In this document: positions 1 through 9,569 of the stretch, one piece after another
Layout: the number at the start of each line of letters is the position of its first letter
How positions within the stretch are numbered: position 1 is the stretch's first letter
Program-made: the position numbers and the translations under genes
Notes under the pieces: generated by a model
What the model was told of the DNA's origin: nothing
Seen by the model: the letters and a program-made list of their open reading frames with translations, nothing else
Database searches by the model: none
From: an uncultured Solirubrobacterales bacterium
GTDB taxonomy: Bacteria > Actinomycetota > Thermoleophilia > Solirubrobacterales > Solirubrobacteraceae
Length of the DNA stretch: 64,000 nucleotides
Assembly (NCBI GenBank): GCA_963836715.1
Contig: CAWIKH010000001.1
Coordinates: 81,705 to 145,704 of the forward strand
Direction of reading: 5' to 3'

Positions 1-1
1 G

Positions 2-883
2 CGCACCGCCGGCCGCGAGTTCGCGCCCGGCGACGAGATCCTCGTCTCCTCGCTCGACCACGACGGCGGCGTGGCGCCGTGGCTCGAGCTCGCCTACGAC
101 CGCGACCTGGTCGTCCGGCACGTCGAGTTGCGCGACGACACGACGCTCGACTACGACGACCTCGAGCGCAAGCTCGGCCCGCGCACACGGGTGGTGGCGT
201 TCGCGTGGGCCTCGAACGCGATCGGGACCGTGGTCGACGCCCGGCGGGTGTGCAAGCTCGCCCACGACGCCGGCGCGCTCGCCTGGGTCGACGCCGTCCA
301 TTACGCCGCGCACGAGCCGATCGACGTCCGCCAGATCGGCGCCGATGTCCTGATCTGCTCGCCGTACAAATTCTGCGGGCCGCATCTCGGGGTCGCCTAC
401 GGCCGCGCCGAGGTGATCGAGGGATGGCGGCCGTACAAGGCCCGGCCGGCGCCGAGCACGCCTTTGAGTCGGCGGTTCGAGACCGGGACGCTCCCGTACG
501 AGCTGCTGGCCGGCTTCAACGCCACGATCGACTACCTGGACTCGATCGGTGGGTTCGAAGCGATCGCGCCCTACGAGCGGTCGCTCGGCGCGCGGTTCCT
601 CGCGGGGATCTCGGATGCCGTGAGCGTGTACGGGCTACCGGGCATGGAGGGCCGGGTGCCGACGTTCCTGATCAACGTCGCCGGGGTCCCGGCCCCGGAC
701 GTCGCCGTCCGCCTCGCCGAGCGGGACATGGGCGTGTGGGCCCACGACTCCTGGTACTCGCTCGGGTTGTACCAGCGGCTCGGCTACGACGATCAGGCGG
801 TCCGGCTCGGGTTCATCCACTACAACACGGTGGATGAGGTCGACCGGCTGGTCGCAGCCCTTAACGACTTGGCCGTCTCGTAG
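2..883 (+). CDS. Cysteine desulfurase-like class V PLP aminotransferase (5' end outside window)
   Basis: Frame open from position 2 (…GDEILVSSLDHDGGV); motifs VDAVHYAAH, CSPYKFCGPHLG (PLP Lys), RFETGT, HYNTVDEVDRL. Confidence 0.85.
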   Translation, partial: RTAGREFAPGDEILVSSLDHDGGVAPWLELAYDRDLVVRHVELRDDTTLDYDDLERKLGPRTRVVAFAWASNAIGTVVDARRVCKLAHDAGALAWVDAVHYAAHEPIDVRQIGADVLICSPYKFCGPHLGVAYGRAEVIEGWRPYKARPAPSTPLSRRFETGTLPYELLAGFNATIDYLDSIGGFEAIAPYERSLGARFLAGISDAVSVYGLPGMEGRVPTFLINVAGVPAPDVAVRLAERDMGVWAHDSWYSLGLYQRLGYDDQAVRLGFIHYNTVDEVDRLVAALNDLAVS

Positions 884-983
884 TCCTGCCCCCCGCCGTG
901 TCGTAGTCCTGCCCCCGCCGTGTCGTAGTCCTGCCCCCGCCGTGTCGTAGTCCTGCCCCCGCCGTGTCGTAGTCCTGCCCCCC
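878..983. repeat. 22-bp tandem repeat (tcgtagtcctgcccccgccgtg), 4 full copies plus 1 partial
   Basis: Units at 878 (one extra C), 901, 923, 945, 967; the first unit contains the TAG stop of the upstream gene. Confidence 0.95.
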
Positions 984-988
984 GGGCG

Positions 989-1029
989 GTTGCTGGAAAA
1001 GGGCTCACGGTGAGCCCTTTTCCAGCAAC
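989..1029. repeat. Perfect 20-bp inverted repeat (REP-like or bidirectional terminator) between convergent genes
   Basis: gttgctggaaaagggctcac-g-gtgagcccttttccagcaac. Confidence 0.9.
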
Positions 1030-1037
1030 GCAGCCAC

Positions 1038-2561
1038 CTAATGGATCGACATGTGCTCCGTCGGCAAGTACAACCGGGCGGTATACGACTCGGGGTCGGC
1101 GGCGAAGTGCTTCTGCATTGCGCCGCCGGTGATCGCATCGTCCACCGCGGCCATGATCATCGACTGGTCGAGCACGAGCCGGCGGTGTCCGACCTGACCG
1201 GTTACCGGGTTGACCGCGTCGTAGAACCCGCCGTCGGAGGTGTAGATCCCCGGATAGCGGCTCCGGAGCGTCTCCAGATTCGACAGCGCCTCCCGCGGCA
1301 GTACCGGCAGCGCGATCGCCGAGGCGTGCGGGGTCACGGTGTTCTCGGTGGCGCAGTTGTTGGTGCACCACGCGAGTGGTGAAGCGGTCCCGAACGCCAG
1401 GCCCTCGACCCCGAACCCGCCGTAGTTGCCGCTGTCGTCGGCCGTGCTCGACGGGGACATCCCCCACACTGGATAGCCAAGATCCTGCGTCGCGTACCTG
1501 ATTTGGACCTGGGCCCAGCGCAGGTCATTCAGACCGAAGCTGTGGGTGCCCCAGGTCGTCTCGGGACGACCAGGTTCGTCATCAGCCCCTCGAACATGCC
1601 GCCGGCGAACGTCGGCACGAACGTGAGAGAGGTGCCCGGGTAGGTGTAGTGGCCCTCCCATACCGGGAATGGCTTGCCCGATTGCGGATCGGTGTAGGTG
1701 TGCCAATAGCCGGTGCCGGGATCGAAAGACGGCGCCGGGTCGGTCGCGCAGCGCTGAGGTGGGTCGGTTCGCCACGTCCGCCACCACACGTCGCCGGGCA
1801 TCTGGTGGCGCCCCATCCCGATGTACATCGCGATCCGGGGGTCGCTGTAGAGCGCACCGTTGTGGTAGCCCGCCGGGTGGGCGGGGGCTGGTTCGACGTA
1901 ATAGCCACCGTACATCTGGCCCGTCGGCTGATCACCCGGGAGCGAGACGTTGACGTTGCAATCCGTCTGCGGGCGGTTGTCGTAGAAGATGGAGAAGTCC
2001 ATCGGCGCCAGCAGCGACGACGCCAAGTCGCGCACAGCCGGCAGGGCCTGCCGGACCTCGATCAGCCCCGACGCATACCACCCGTTGTCGACCGCCGAGA
2101 CGAACCAGCAGTTGTCCTGTGACGGCGTGGTCTCGGCGCAGTCCCCCTGCCCGGGGTTCAGCAGGACGTTGCCGTTGTTTGGTGTCGTACCACTGGTATA
2201 CGAAGCCGTCGTAGGGCTTGAGCCCGGCGACCTCGCTGAGCGTGGAGGTGGCCAGCTGGTCGGCCTTCTGGGTGTCGATCAGCCCGAGGTCGTGGGCGGC
2301 GACCACAGCCCACAGGTACACCCCGACGTTGGCCGCTGACGTGTACGTGCCGCGAATTGATTGAGTCCCCGCCCACAAGAGATTGTCGAGCGGGAGGTGC
2401 GTGACGGGATCGACGTCGGCCCCGTAGAACCGCCACGTGTCCCGTGCGATCCCGTATAGGACCGCCTTCTGTTTAGGGGTGAAGGTGGCGGCGCCCGCCG
2501 GCGCCGCCACCACCATGATCGCCGCCGCAACTGCGGCGGCGATCATCCCGCGTACCTTCAT
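1038..2561 (-). CDS. Secreted glycoamylase-family (GH144/DUF3131-like) glucanase, split by two frameshifts (~2180, ~1565)
   Basis: ATG 2561 overlaps the GH3 stop; signal peptide; YTSAANVGVYLW, FVYQWYDT, SAVDNGW, GGMFEGLM, VWGMSPS, VTPHAS, GFYDAVN, LVLDQSM motifs lie in three successive frames. Confidence 0.75.
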
Positions 2562-4999
2562 CGGAGCGTGAACGTCGTGGGCGTCCCCGCGTCTACCGCC
2601 GAGCTGTCGCCGACCCACAGCTTGAACGGACCCGGCTCGACCGCGAACTGGCCGTTGTTGTTGTAGAAGCCGAGGTTCTGCGGTCCGAGCGTGAACGTGA
2701 CCGGCTGGGACTGTCCCTTCCCGAGCGACACCCGCTGGAACCCCTCGAGCTTCTCGACGGGTTGAAGGATGCTCGTGTCGTCCTCGTGGAGGTACAGCTG
2801 CACGACGTCGTCGCCTGCCGTCGGGCCGGTGTTCGTGATCGTGGCCCTGACGTGGAATTCCCCGGTCTTCGACGGGGTGCCCACGATCTGCGGGCTCGAG
2901 ATCGAGAACGTCGTGTACGACAGCCCGTACCCGAACGGGTACTGCGGTGTGTTGAGCACATCGAGGTACTTCGATGTGTACTTGTTGTTCGGATCGAATG
3001 GCCGCCCGGTCGGGAGCTCGTTGTACGAGATCGGGATCTGACCGACGTTGCGCGGGAATGACATCGGCAGCTTGCCGCCCGGGTCGACCTTGCCAAACAG
3101 AACGTCGGCGACCGCGTCGCCGCCCGTCGTGCCCGGGTACCACGCCTCGAGCAGCGCCGGCACCCCAGGGGTAGTCGGCGGATTGCCGACCAGCTCCGGG
3201 ATCGTCAGCGGGCGCCCGTTCATCAGCACGACGACGTACGGTTTGCCGGTGGCAGCGACCGCCTGGATGAGCGCGTCTTGCTGCTCCGGCAGGCTGATGT
3301 CGCTGCGCGACGACGCCTCGCCAGAGTCAGAAGCCGGCTCACCGACGACCACGACGGTCACGTCGGCGGCCGATGCGGCAGCCGCGGCGGCGGCGAACCC
3401 GCTCGTGGAGTTGCACGTGTCGGCCGGGGCGAAAGTGCACCCCGGCGCGTACGTCACACTGGCGCCGGGGTCCGCGTTCTGGATCCCGTCAAGAACGGTG
3501 ACGATCTTGTCCGCGCCGTTCTTCTGGAGGTCGGCCTGACTGGTGCTGTAACCGATCGGGACGTCCGGCCCGAGCTGGTTGAGCGGGTCGTTGGCCAGCG
3601 GCCCGACCACCGCGATCTTGCCGGTGTGGGTGCTGAGCGGAAGCATCGGGCTGCTGGTGCCCGGCGCGTCGTCATTCTTCAGCAACACCATGGACTCGTC
3701 CGCCGTCTGGCGCGCGCTGGCGATGTTCCCGCCCGTCAGCTCCTCGGAGCCGACCCGCGTGTCGCTCCCCTGATACGGGTTGTTGAACATCCCGGCCAGG
3801 TACTTGAGCGTCAGCACGTGACGGACGGCGTCGTTCAGCTGCGACATCGTGATCCTGCCCGACTTGAGCAACGCCGGACCGTATTGCTCGTAGGTCGAAA
3901 AGATCGGGTTGCCGGTGCTCGGTCCAATCCCGACCGCCATCTCGATGTTGACGCCGGCGGTCAGCGCGAGCCGCGCCGCATCCGCGCCGTCGGAGACGTA
4001 GCCGAAGTCCTCGAGCTCCTGAGTTGCCTGATAGTCCGACAGCGTGGTCCCGCCGAACCCCCACTCATCGCGGAGGATCTGCGTGAGCAGGTACGGGTTG
4101 GCCGTGTTCGGCACCCCGTTGAGCGAGTTGAAGGAGCTCATGACGGTCGCCGCCCCGGCGTCCACCGCCGCCTTGTACGGCGGGAGGTAGTCGTTGAACA
4201 GTTGCTGGGTCGACATGTCGACCGTGTTGTATTCGCGACCCGCGACGGGGGCGCCGTAGGCGCCGAAGTGCTTGATCGTCGCGGCGACCTTGTGCGGGTC
4301 GGCGAAGTTCGAGCCCTGGTAGCCCCGCACCTTCGCGGCGGCGATCGCCGAGCCGAGGAACGGATCCTCGCCGGCGCCCTCCACCACGCGGCCCCAGCGA
4401 GGATCGCGGCTGATGTCGACCATCGGGTTGAACGTCCACTTGATCCCGTCGGTCGCGGCCTCGTCGGCGGAGACCGACTCGTCCTGCGCCACGTGGGTCG
4501 GATCCCAGGTCGCGGCCTCGCCGAGCGGCACCGGGAACATCGTCCGGTACCCGTGAATCACGTCGAGCCCGAAGATCAGCGGGATGTGCAGCGGCGACCG
4601 CTCAACCGCGGCCTTCTGGACCGCGTTGATGTTGTCGACGCCCGTGAGATCGAGTACCGAGCCGATCTTTCCCTGCTCGGCTAGCGGAATCAGATCACTG
4701 CCGGTCGGAGTGCTCGGACCGGCCATCTCGAGCTGGCCGAACTTCTCGGTGACAGTCATCTTCCCCAGCAGGGCGTCGACCTTCGCGTTGATCGCTTGCT
4801 GCTGGCCCGCGGTCGCGGCGTGTTGCCGCGCATGTCGCGCTTGTTGTCGCGTGGTGCGACCCGTGGATGCGGCGTTGGACGACCCGGACATGCCGCTCAC
4901 GAGCAGCACGACCGCGAGGCCAACAGCCGCTAAGACAGCACCGAACCCGAACCTCCGCCTCGGTTTCTCCCACACGGCGGCGGCGATGCGTTCTGACAC
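2558..4999 (-). CDS. GH3 beta-glucosidase (BglX-like), secreted, with C-terminal Fn3-like domain
   Basis: FGLDVIHG, RDPRWGRVVEGAGEDP, KHFGAYG, VMSSFN, LSDY nucleophile motif, SGEASSR, YPFGYGLSYT. Confidence 0.93.
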   Translation of the reverse strand: MSERIAAAVWEKPRRRFGFGAVLAAVGLAVVLLVSGMSGSSNAASTGRTTRQQARHARQHAATAGQQQAINAKVDALLGKMTVTEKFGQLEMAGPSTPTGSDLIPLAEQGKIGSVLDLTGVDNINAVQKAAVERSPLHIPLIFGLDVIHGYRTMFPVPLGEAATWDPTHVAQDESVSADEAATDGIKWTFNPMVDISRDPRWGRVVEGAGEDPFLGSAIAAAKVRGYQGSNFADPHKVAATIKHFGAYGAPVAGREYNTVDMSTQQLFNDYLPPYKAAVDAGAATVMSSFNSLNGVPNTANPYLLTQILRDEWGFGGTTLSDYQATQELEDFGYVSDGADAARLALTAGVNIEMAVGIGPSTGNPIFSTYEQYGPALLKSGRITMSQLNDAVRHVLTLKYLAGMFNNPYQGSDTRVGSEELTGGNIASARQTADESMVLLKNDDAPGTSSPMLPLSTHTGKIAVVGPLANDPLNQLGPDVPIGYSTSQADLQKNGADKIVTVLDGIQNADPGASVTYAPGCTFAPADTCNSTSGFAAAAAAASAADVTVVVVGEPASDSGEASSRSDISLPEQQDALIQAVAATGKPYVVVLMNGRPLTIPELVGNPPTTPGVPALLEAWYPGTTGGDAVADVLFGKVDPGGKLPMSFPRNVGQIPISYNELPTGRPFDPNNKYTSKYLDVLNTPQYPFGYGLSYTTFSISSPQIVGTPSKTGEFHVRATITNTGPTAGDDVVQLYLHEDDTSILQPVEKLEGFQRVSLGKGQSQPVTFTLGPQNLGFYNNNGQFAVEPGPFKLWVGDSSAVDAGTPTTFTLR

Positions 5000-5076
5000 T
5001 TCCCCTCCCTTAATTCCGGTTGACCGCAGACGGGCGTACCCGGTGAGAGGGCTGTTGAAAAGTTAAGTTGTCACGA

Positions 5077-5583
5077 TTAGGAGTTCGAGAACGTCGCGCG
5101 ATCGACCGAGTGCACGACGACCGGTATGTCGAACAGCAGGTCCTCGCGCAGCGGGGTCATCCCGAGCCGCTCGGCCACCCGAATCGAACGGGCATTCTGG
5201 GGGCGGATCATGGCGGTCAGGTACGGGTAGTCGAACTCCCGGAAGGCCCACGCGGCACAGGCCCGCGCGGCCTCGGTGGCGTAGCCGTGACCCCAGGCGT
5301 CGTGCCGGAGCACCCATCCGACCTCGGCCTCGCCGAAGTCAGGCCAGTACTTCAGCCCGATCCGGCCGAGAAAGCGACCGTCGTCGGACGAGAGCAGCGC
5401 GAACAGGCCGTGACCGTACTCGCACCAGTCCTGGTCGTCGCGGCGCAGGCGCTCGATCACCTCGTCGCGATCGAACGCGCGCATGAACTCGCGCACCTCC
5501 GGTTCGGAGTGCAGCGCGAACAGGTCGTCCACGTCGTGCATCGTCATCGGACGGAGGTACAGCCGGTCGGTGTCGATGTGCAC
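5077..5583 (-). CDS. GNAT (RimJ/RimL-type) acetyltransferase
   Basis: TDRLYLRP, EVGWVL..WGHGYATEAA, NARSIRVAERLG. Confidence 0.9.
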   Translation of the reverse strand: MHIDTDRLYLRPMTMHDVDDLFALHSEPEVREFMRAFDRDEVIERLRRDDQDWCEYGHGLFALLSSDDGRFLGRIGLKYWPDFGEAEVGWVLRHDAWGHGYATEAARACAAWAFREFDYPYLTAMIRPQNARSIRVAERLGMTPLREDLLFDIPVVVHSVDRATFSNS

Positions 5584-5622
5584 GCCCGGAAGTTCTAACG
5601 ACGCGACGCCCGGAGCGGACCC

Positions 5623-6924
5623 TTAGGGGCGCGAGACCACGCCCATGAACAGCACCGCCCCGGTCTTGACGTCCCGCAGCACGAACGCGAACGGCCGGTC
5701 GACGACGAACTCGACCGGGGGCTGCGCCGGCAGCGCGCTCGCGCTGATCCCGACGCCGGTCGCGGCGGCGGCCTCGGTGCCCGCCTCGTCGACGCGCAGA
5801 TACGCCTCGTGGACGACCGACCTGACGTACAGGTCGCCGGGCTTGCCCGCGATCCCGGACAGGTCGGCGCGCCCCGGCTCGAACGCGAGCCGCATGCCGA
5901 GCGCCTCGAGCGCGCCGGCAAGCTCGAACCGCGTGTCGAGCCGGAATTTCGGCAGCGCGAGCTGGACCCGCTGCCGCGTCAGCCCCGTCAACAGCGCCAG
6001 CGGTCCCTCGCCGGCGAGGCGCGAGAGCAGCGACTGGAGCCCTCCGGCACTCGGCAGGAGGATGTCGAACGCGAGCCGCCCGCCACGGTAGGGGAGCTCG
6101 AGGGCCTGCGAGCCCGAGTCCTGCCGGTAGCCGAACGTCCCAGTCTGATGCATCGTCGGGACCTCCACCGTGCCGCTCGGGGCGTGGAACGCCGCCGGGA
6201 ACGTGGACTGCTTCGTGAACGGCGCAAGCCACCTGGCCTTCAGGTACACCGCGTTGACGAGCATCAGCCGGGTCGACGGGTCGACGTCGCCCAGCCCCAG
6301 CAGCTCCGGGATCTTTTCTGAGGTCTGCTCGGATACCCAGGCGTTGATCTCCGCCCGGGCCGCCTCGGCGGCGCGCTCGAAGTCGGCGGTCCGCAGGCCC
6401 GCGCCGTAGTCGCGGGCCAGCGCGCGGAGGAAGGCCTGGTCGAAACGCTGGCCGGCCTGGCCGTACAGCGCATTGGCGACGTTGAGCGTTACGTCGCGCC
6501 CGTTGACGGCCTCCAGGGAGCGATCGGCCCCATTGAAGGCCGCACCCAGCCGAGCGGGCGGCAGATCGAAGTCGAGCGCGCTCGCCATCTCCGAAGCGGT
6601 CGCGCCGCGCGCGCCGGCGAACGCCATCGACAGCGCCTGCGAGATGCTCGCCGGCGACAGCGCGACGTTCGGCCGGCCTCGCGCGACCTCCGCGAGGAGC
6701 CGGCCCGCGAACACAGCGTTGCCGTCGCGCAGCGCCGCCGCGTCGGCGGGCGTCACGGACGCCGATGCCCGCGGGACCGCGGCCCGCACCAGATGCTGCA
6801 TCAAGGCGCCGCCGTCAGGCGCCGCCGACGATCTGAGGTCCGGACCCGGCTCGCCGGCCGATCCACATCCGGCGGCCAGCAGGAACACCCCGATCGGCAC
6901 GAGCGCGCGAAGTCGCATTTCCAC
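5623..6924 (-). CDS. Serpin family lipoprotein
   Basis: Lipobox LLAAGC; NVALSPASI, INAWVSEQTSEKI, LVNAVYLKARW, LPKFRL, hinge VDEAGTEAAAAT, FVVDRPFAF. Confidence 0.93.
   Translation of the reverse strand: MEMRLRALVPIGVFLLAAGCGSAGEPGPDLRSSAAPDGGALMQHLVRAAVPRASASVTPADAAALRDGNAVFAGRLLAEVARGRPNVALSPASISQALSMAFAGARGATASEMASALDFDLPPARLGAAFNGADRSLEAVNGRDVTLNVANALYGQAGQRFDQAFLRALARDYGAGLRTADFERAAEAARAEINAWVSEQTSEKIPELLGLGDVDPSTRLMLVNAVYLKARWLAPFTKQSTFPAAFHAPSGTVEVPTMHQTGTFGYRQDSGSQALELPYRGGRLAFDILLPSAGGLQSLLSRLAGEGPLALLTGLTRQRVQLALPKFRLDTRFELAGALEALGMRLAFEPGRADLSGIAGKPGDLYVRSVVHEAYLRVDEAGTEAAAATGVGISASALPAQPPVEFVVDRPFAFVLRDVKTGAVLFMGVVSRP
6802..6837 (-). repeat. Single copy of the 36-bp in-frame coding repeat (LRSSAAPDGGAL)
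   Basis: 29-bp core identical to the cores at 15961-16104. Confidence 0.9.
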
Positions 6925-6949
6925 AACCTACGTGCGAGCGTGGGCGCCG

Positions 6950-7840
6950 TCACACGTCATCGACCCCCCGGACCGTCGGAGGCCAGCCGCGGAACAGCGA
7001 CACGCTCCGGCGCAGCCACGCGTCGACCTCGGTCACTCCCGCGGGCGTGATCACTACGCGGTCCTCCTGCGCGCCGGTGGGACCGGCGAGCAGCCCTTCG
7101 CCGATCAACGACATCACGGCGGCGGCAACGTCGCCGGGGTCGCACGCAAGTGCGCCTGCAAGCGACTTGATCTCCTCCCCCGGCTCAGCCATCGGGATCT
7201 CTCGCGCTCCGAGCGCGAGAAGAACCGGCAGCTGCATCTGGATCGCCGCAAGCATCCCGGTCCGGCTCGGGTCGAACGCGGACCGGGCGAGGACCGCCGC
7301 ACCGAGGGCCGCCAGCGCGATCGGCCGCCCACGCCAACCCAGATCGACTTCGACCTCCCCGATCATCTCCGGCGCCTGCGACGTGCGCGCATCCGAGGAC
7401 GGGCGCACTCCGTCGGCCATGTCGGTGACGAGCGCCCGGATCGCCCGAGCGTCGGCGCCTGCGTCGCGCAGGATGCGCGCCCCGATTCCCTCGCCCTCGT
7501 CGATCAGCGCGAGCAGCACGTGCTCGGTGTCAGCGTCGGCGCGCCGCAAGCGGAGCGCCTCGCCGGCTGCCAGCTGCAGGACCCGCGCCGCGCGCGGCGT
7601 GAGCGGCATCTGCGACGGCGGATATGCGTCCCCGCACCCGACGATCTCGATCACCTCGGCGCGTGCCTGTTCGGCGGTCAGGCCGAGCGATCGGAGTATC
7701 GCCGGCGCCCCGCCGCCTTGTTCCCGAAGCAGGCCGAGCAGCAGATGCTCGGTGCCGATGTAGTCGTGGCTCAGCGCTCGCGCCTCTTCGCCGGCGAGGA
7801 CGACGACTGTGCGCACTGGGCCCGAGAACCGCTCTAGCAA
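6950..7840 (-). CDS. Clp N-terminal (Clp R) domain protein with C-terminal winged-helix-like region
   Basis: ERFS..EEARAL.HDYIGTEHLLLGL and second repeat DTEHVLLAL; no AAA+ Walker motif. Confidence 0.75.
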   Translation of the reverse strand: MLERFSGPVRTVVVLAGEEARALSHDYIGTEHLLLGLLREQGGGAPAILRSLGLTAEQARAEVIEIVGCGDAYPPSQMPLTPRAARVLQLAAGEALRLRRADADTEHVLLALIDEGEGIGARILRDAGADARAIRALVTDMADGVRPSSDARTSQAPEMIGEVEVDLGWRGRPIALAALGAAVLARSAFDPSRTGMLAAIQMQLPVLLALGAREIPMAEPGEEIKSLAGALACDPGDVAAAVMSLIGEGLLAGPTGAQEDRVVITPAGVTEVDAWLRRSVSLFRGWPPTVRGVDDV

Positions 7841-7866
7841 TCGGACCCCCAGCGGCGCCGGGTCGG

Positions 7867-8505
7867 TCAGTCCTTGCGGCCGGACACGATCAGCCCGGCC
7901 CCGACGGCGACGATCGCCAGTCCGCCGGCGCCACCGATGAGCTCGAGCCGCCGGGGCGAGTGGGCGAACCAGGCCCGGAACCCGCCGGCGGCGAGCGCCC
8001 AGATCGAGTCTGAGACGAGCGCGATCGCGGCGAACACCAGCCCCAGCAGGAGGATCTGGACGGGCACGTGACCGGCGCCGCGGCTCACGAACTGCGGGAG
8101 GATCGCCGCCAGGAACACGACGGTCTTGGGGTTGGTGACGCCGACGGTGAAGCCCTGAAGGAACGAGCGCCGGTCGGATCGCGCCGCGACCGGAGCGGCG
8201 ATCGCTGCCGCCAGCGACTTGCGCTCCCTGAACGTCCTCACCCCGAGGTACACGAGATACGCGCCGCCGGCGAGCTTCAGCACGGTGAACGCCGCCACCG
8301 ACTGCTCGGCCAGCGCGCCGACGCCGACCGCGACCGCGATCACCTGGATGTACTCACCCAGCGCGTTGCCGACCACCGTCAGGACCGCCACCCGCCGCCC
8401 GCTCGCCAGTGCCCGGCCGACGACGAACAGGACGCTCGGCCCGGGAATCACGATCACGACGAACGCGGTGACGCCGAACGCCAGGAGCCGATCTGTGGGA
8501 AGCAC
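7867..8505 (-). CDS. LysE/RhtB family exporter
   Basis: IPGPSVL, LKLAGGAYLVYLG, GVTNPKTVVF. Confidence 0.92.
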   Translation of the reverse strand: MLPTDRLLAFGVTAFVVIVIPGPSVLFVVGRALASGRRVAVLTVVGNALGEYIQVIAVAVGVGALAEQSVAAFTVLKLAGGAYLVYLGVRTFRERKSLAAAIAAPVAARSDRRSFLQGFTVGVTNPKTVVFLAAILPQFVSRGAGHVPVQILLLGLVFAAIALVSDSIWALAAGGFRAWFAHSPRRLELIGGAGGLAIVAVGAGLIVSGRKD

Positions 8506-8544
8506 GCTCCCAGTCTAAGCGCGGGCCGTGGTACGTTCGCCGGC

Positions 8545-9204
8545 GTGTCGGCCACGCCCCGCCAGGACGCCGCACCCGCCGAGGACTCCCGCACTACCGC
8601 GGCGCGCACGCACTTCGATCGCTGGTCTTCGAGCTACGAGAGCGGGCGCGGCGCGCGCCGGCTCCAGGGGCTGCAAACGGCGGCGCTCGCCGCCCTGGCT
8701 CTCAGCGGGGACGACGGGCTGCTCGATCTCGGCTGCGGCACCGGGGCTGCCGTGCGCCAGGCCGCCCCAACGGTGCGCCGGGCGGTCGGCTTCGATCTTT
8801 CGCCGGCGATGATCGCGCAGGCGCGCAAGTTGGCCTCGAGCATCGACAACGTCGAGTTTCGCGAGGGGGACGTGAGCGGACCGTTGCCGTTCCCCGACGG
8901 CGAGTTCACCGCGATCGTCTGCACCACTGCCTTCCACCACTTCCCCAGGCCGCTCGACACGATCGCCGACATGTCCCGCGTGCTCGCGCCCAGCGGCCGG
9001 CTCGTGATAGGCGATTTCAACCGCCGGCACCCGGCAGTGTTCGCGGCCGACCTCACGCAGAAAAGGCTTCAGCCCAGCCACTTCGGCTTTCGCAGCCCGG
9101 CCCAGCTGATGCGCGATCTGTGCGCGGCCGGCTTCGCGCGCGCTTCGTTCTGCACGATCTGGGGCCGTTTATACGCGTTCGTCCGGGCGGAGAAGGCAGC
9201 CTGA
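8545..9204 (+). CDS. Class I SAM-dependent methyltransferase
   Basis: LLDLGCGTG, GFDLSPAMI, LPFPDGEF, RVLAPSGRL; GTG start 7 nt after TACGTT. Confidence 0.88.
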   Translation: MSATPRQDAAPAEDSRTTAARTHFDRWSSSYESGRGARRLQGLQTAALAALALSGDDGLLDLGCGTGAAVRQAAPTVRRAVGFDLSPAMIAQARKLASSIDNVEFREGDVSGPLPFPDGEFTAIVCTTAFHHFPRPLDTIADMSRVLAPSGRLVIGDFNRRHPAVFAADLTQKRLQPSHFGFRSPAQLMRDLCAAGFARASFCTIWGRLYAFVRAEKAA

Positions 9205-9217
9205 CCGCGAGCTCGGC

Positions 9218-9254
9218 TTGACACCTAGCGAGACTATGCCTAATCTGTCTAGGC
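9218..9254 (+). promoter_or_regulatory. Sigma70-type promoter of padR with flanking CCTAG…CTAGG inverted repeat (probable PadR operator)
   Basis: TTGACA-17 bp-TAATCT, ATG 8 nt later. Confidence 0.7.
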
Positions 9255-9569
9255 ATGAAAGCGGACGCACTCAACGGACAACTCGACCCGCTGATCCTGG
9301 CCACGGTCGCTGAGGGGCCGGCCCATGGTTACGCGATCCTGCAGCAGCTGAAGCAGCGCAGCAGCGGCGCCTTCGACCTGGCCGAGGGCACGATCTATCC
9401 CGCGCTGCACCGGCTCGAGCGCGATGGGCTGCTGAGCAGCTCGTGGTCGACCGACAGCGGACGGCGCCGCCGCGTGTACAGCGTGACGCGCTCCGGCACC
9501 TCCTCGCTCGAGGTGCGCCGGCGCGAGTGGAAGCAGTTCGCCACGGCGATCGAGGCGGTGATGGGATGA
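9255..9569 (+). CDS. PadR family transcriptional regulator
   Basis: HGYAI, EGTIYPALHRLERDG, RRRRVYSVT. Confidence 0.92.
   Translation: MKADALNGQLDPLILATVAEGPAHGYAILQQLKQRSSGAFDLAEGTIYPALHRLERDGLLSSSWSTDSGRRRRVYSVTRSGTSSLEVRRREWKQFATAIEAVMG

Noticed and set aside
878-983. CRISPR array or CsrB-like sponge (CAGGAC x5 on the minus strand)
   Set aside because: No spacers; the GGA motifs are not in evident hairpin loops and lie beyond the hairpin that would end the minus-strand transcript.
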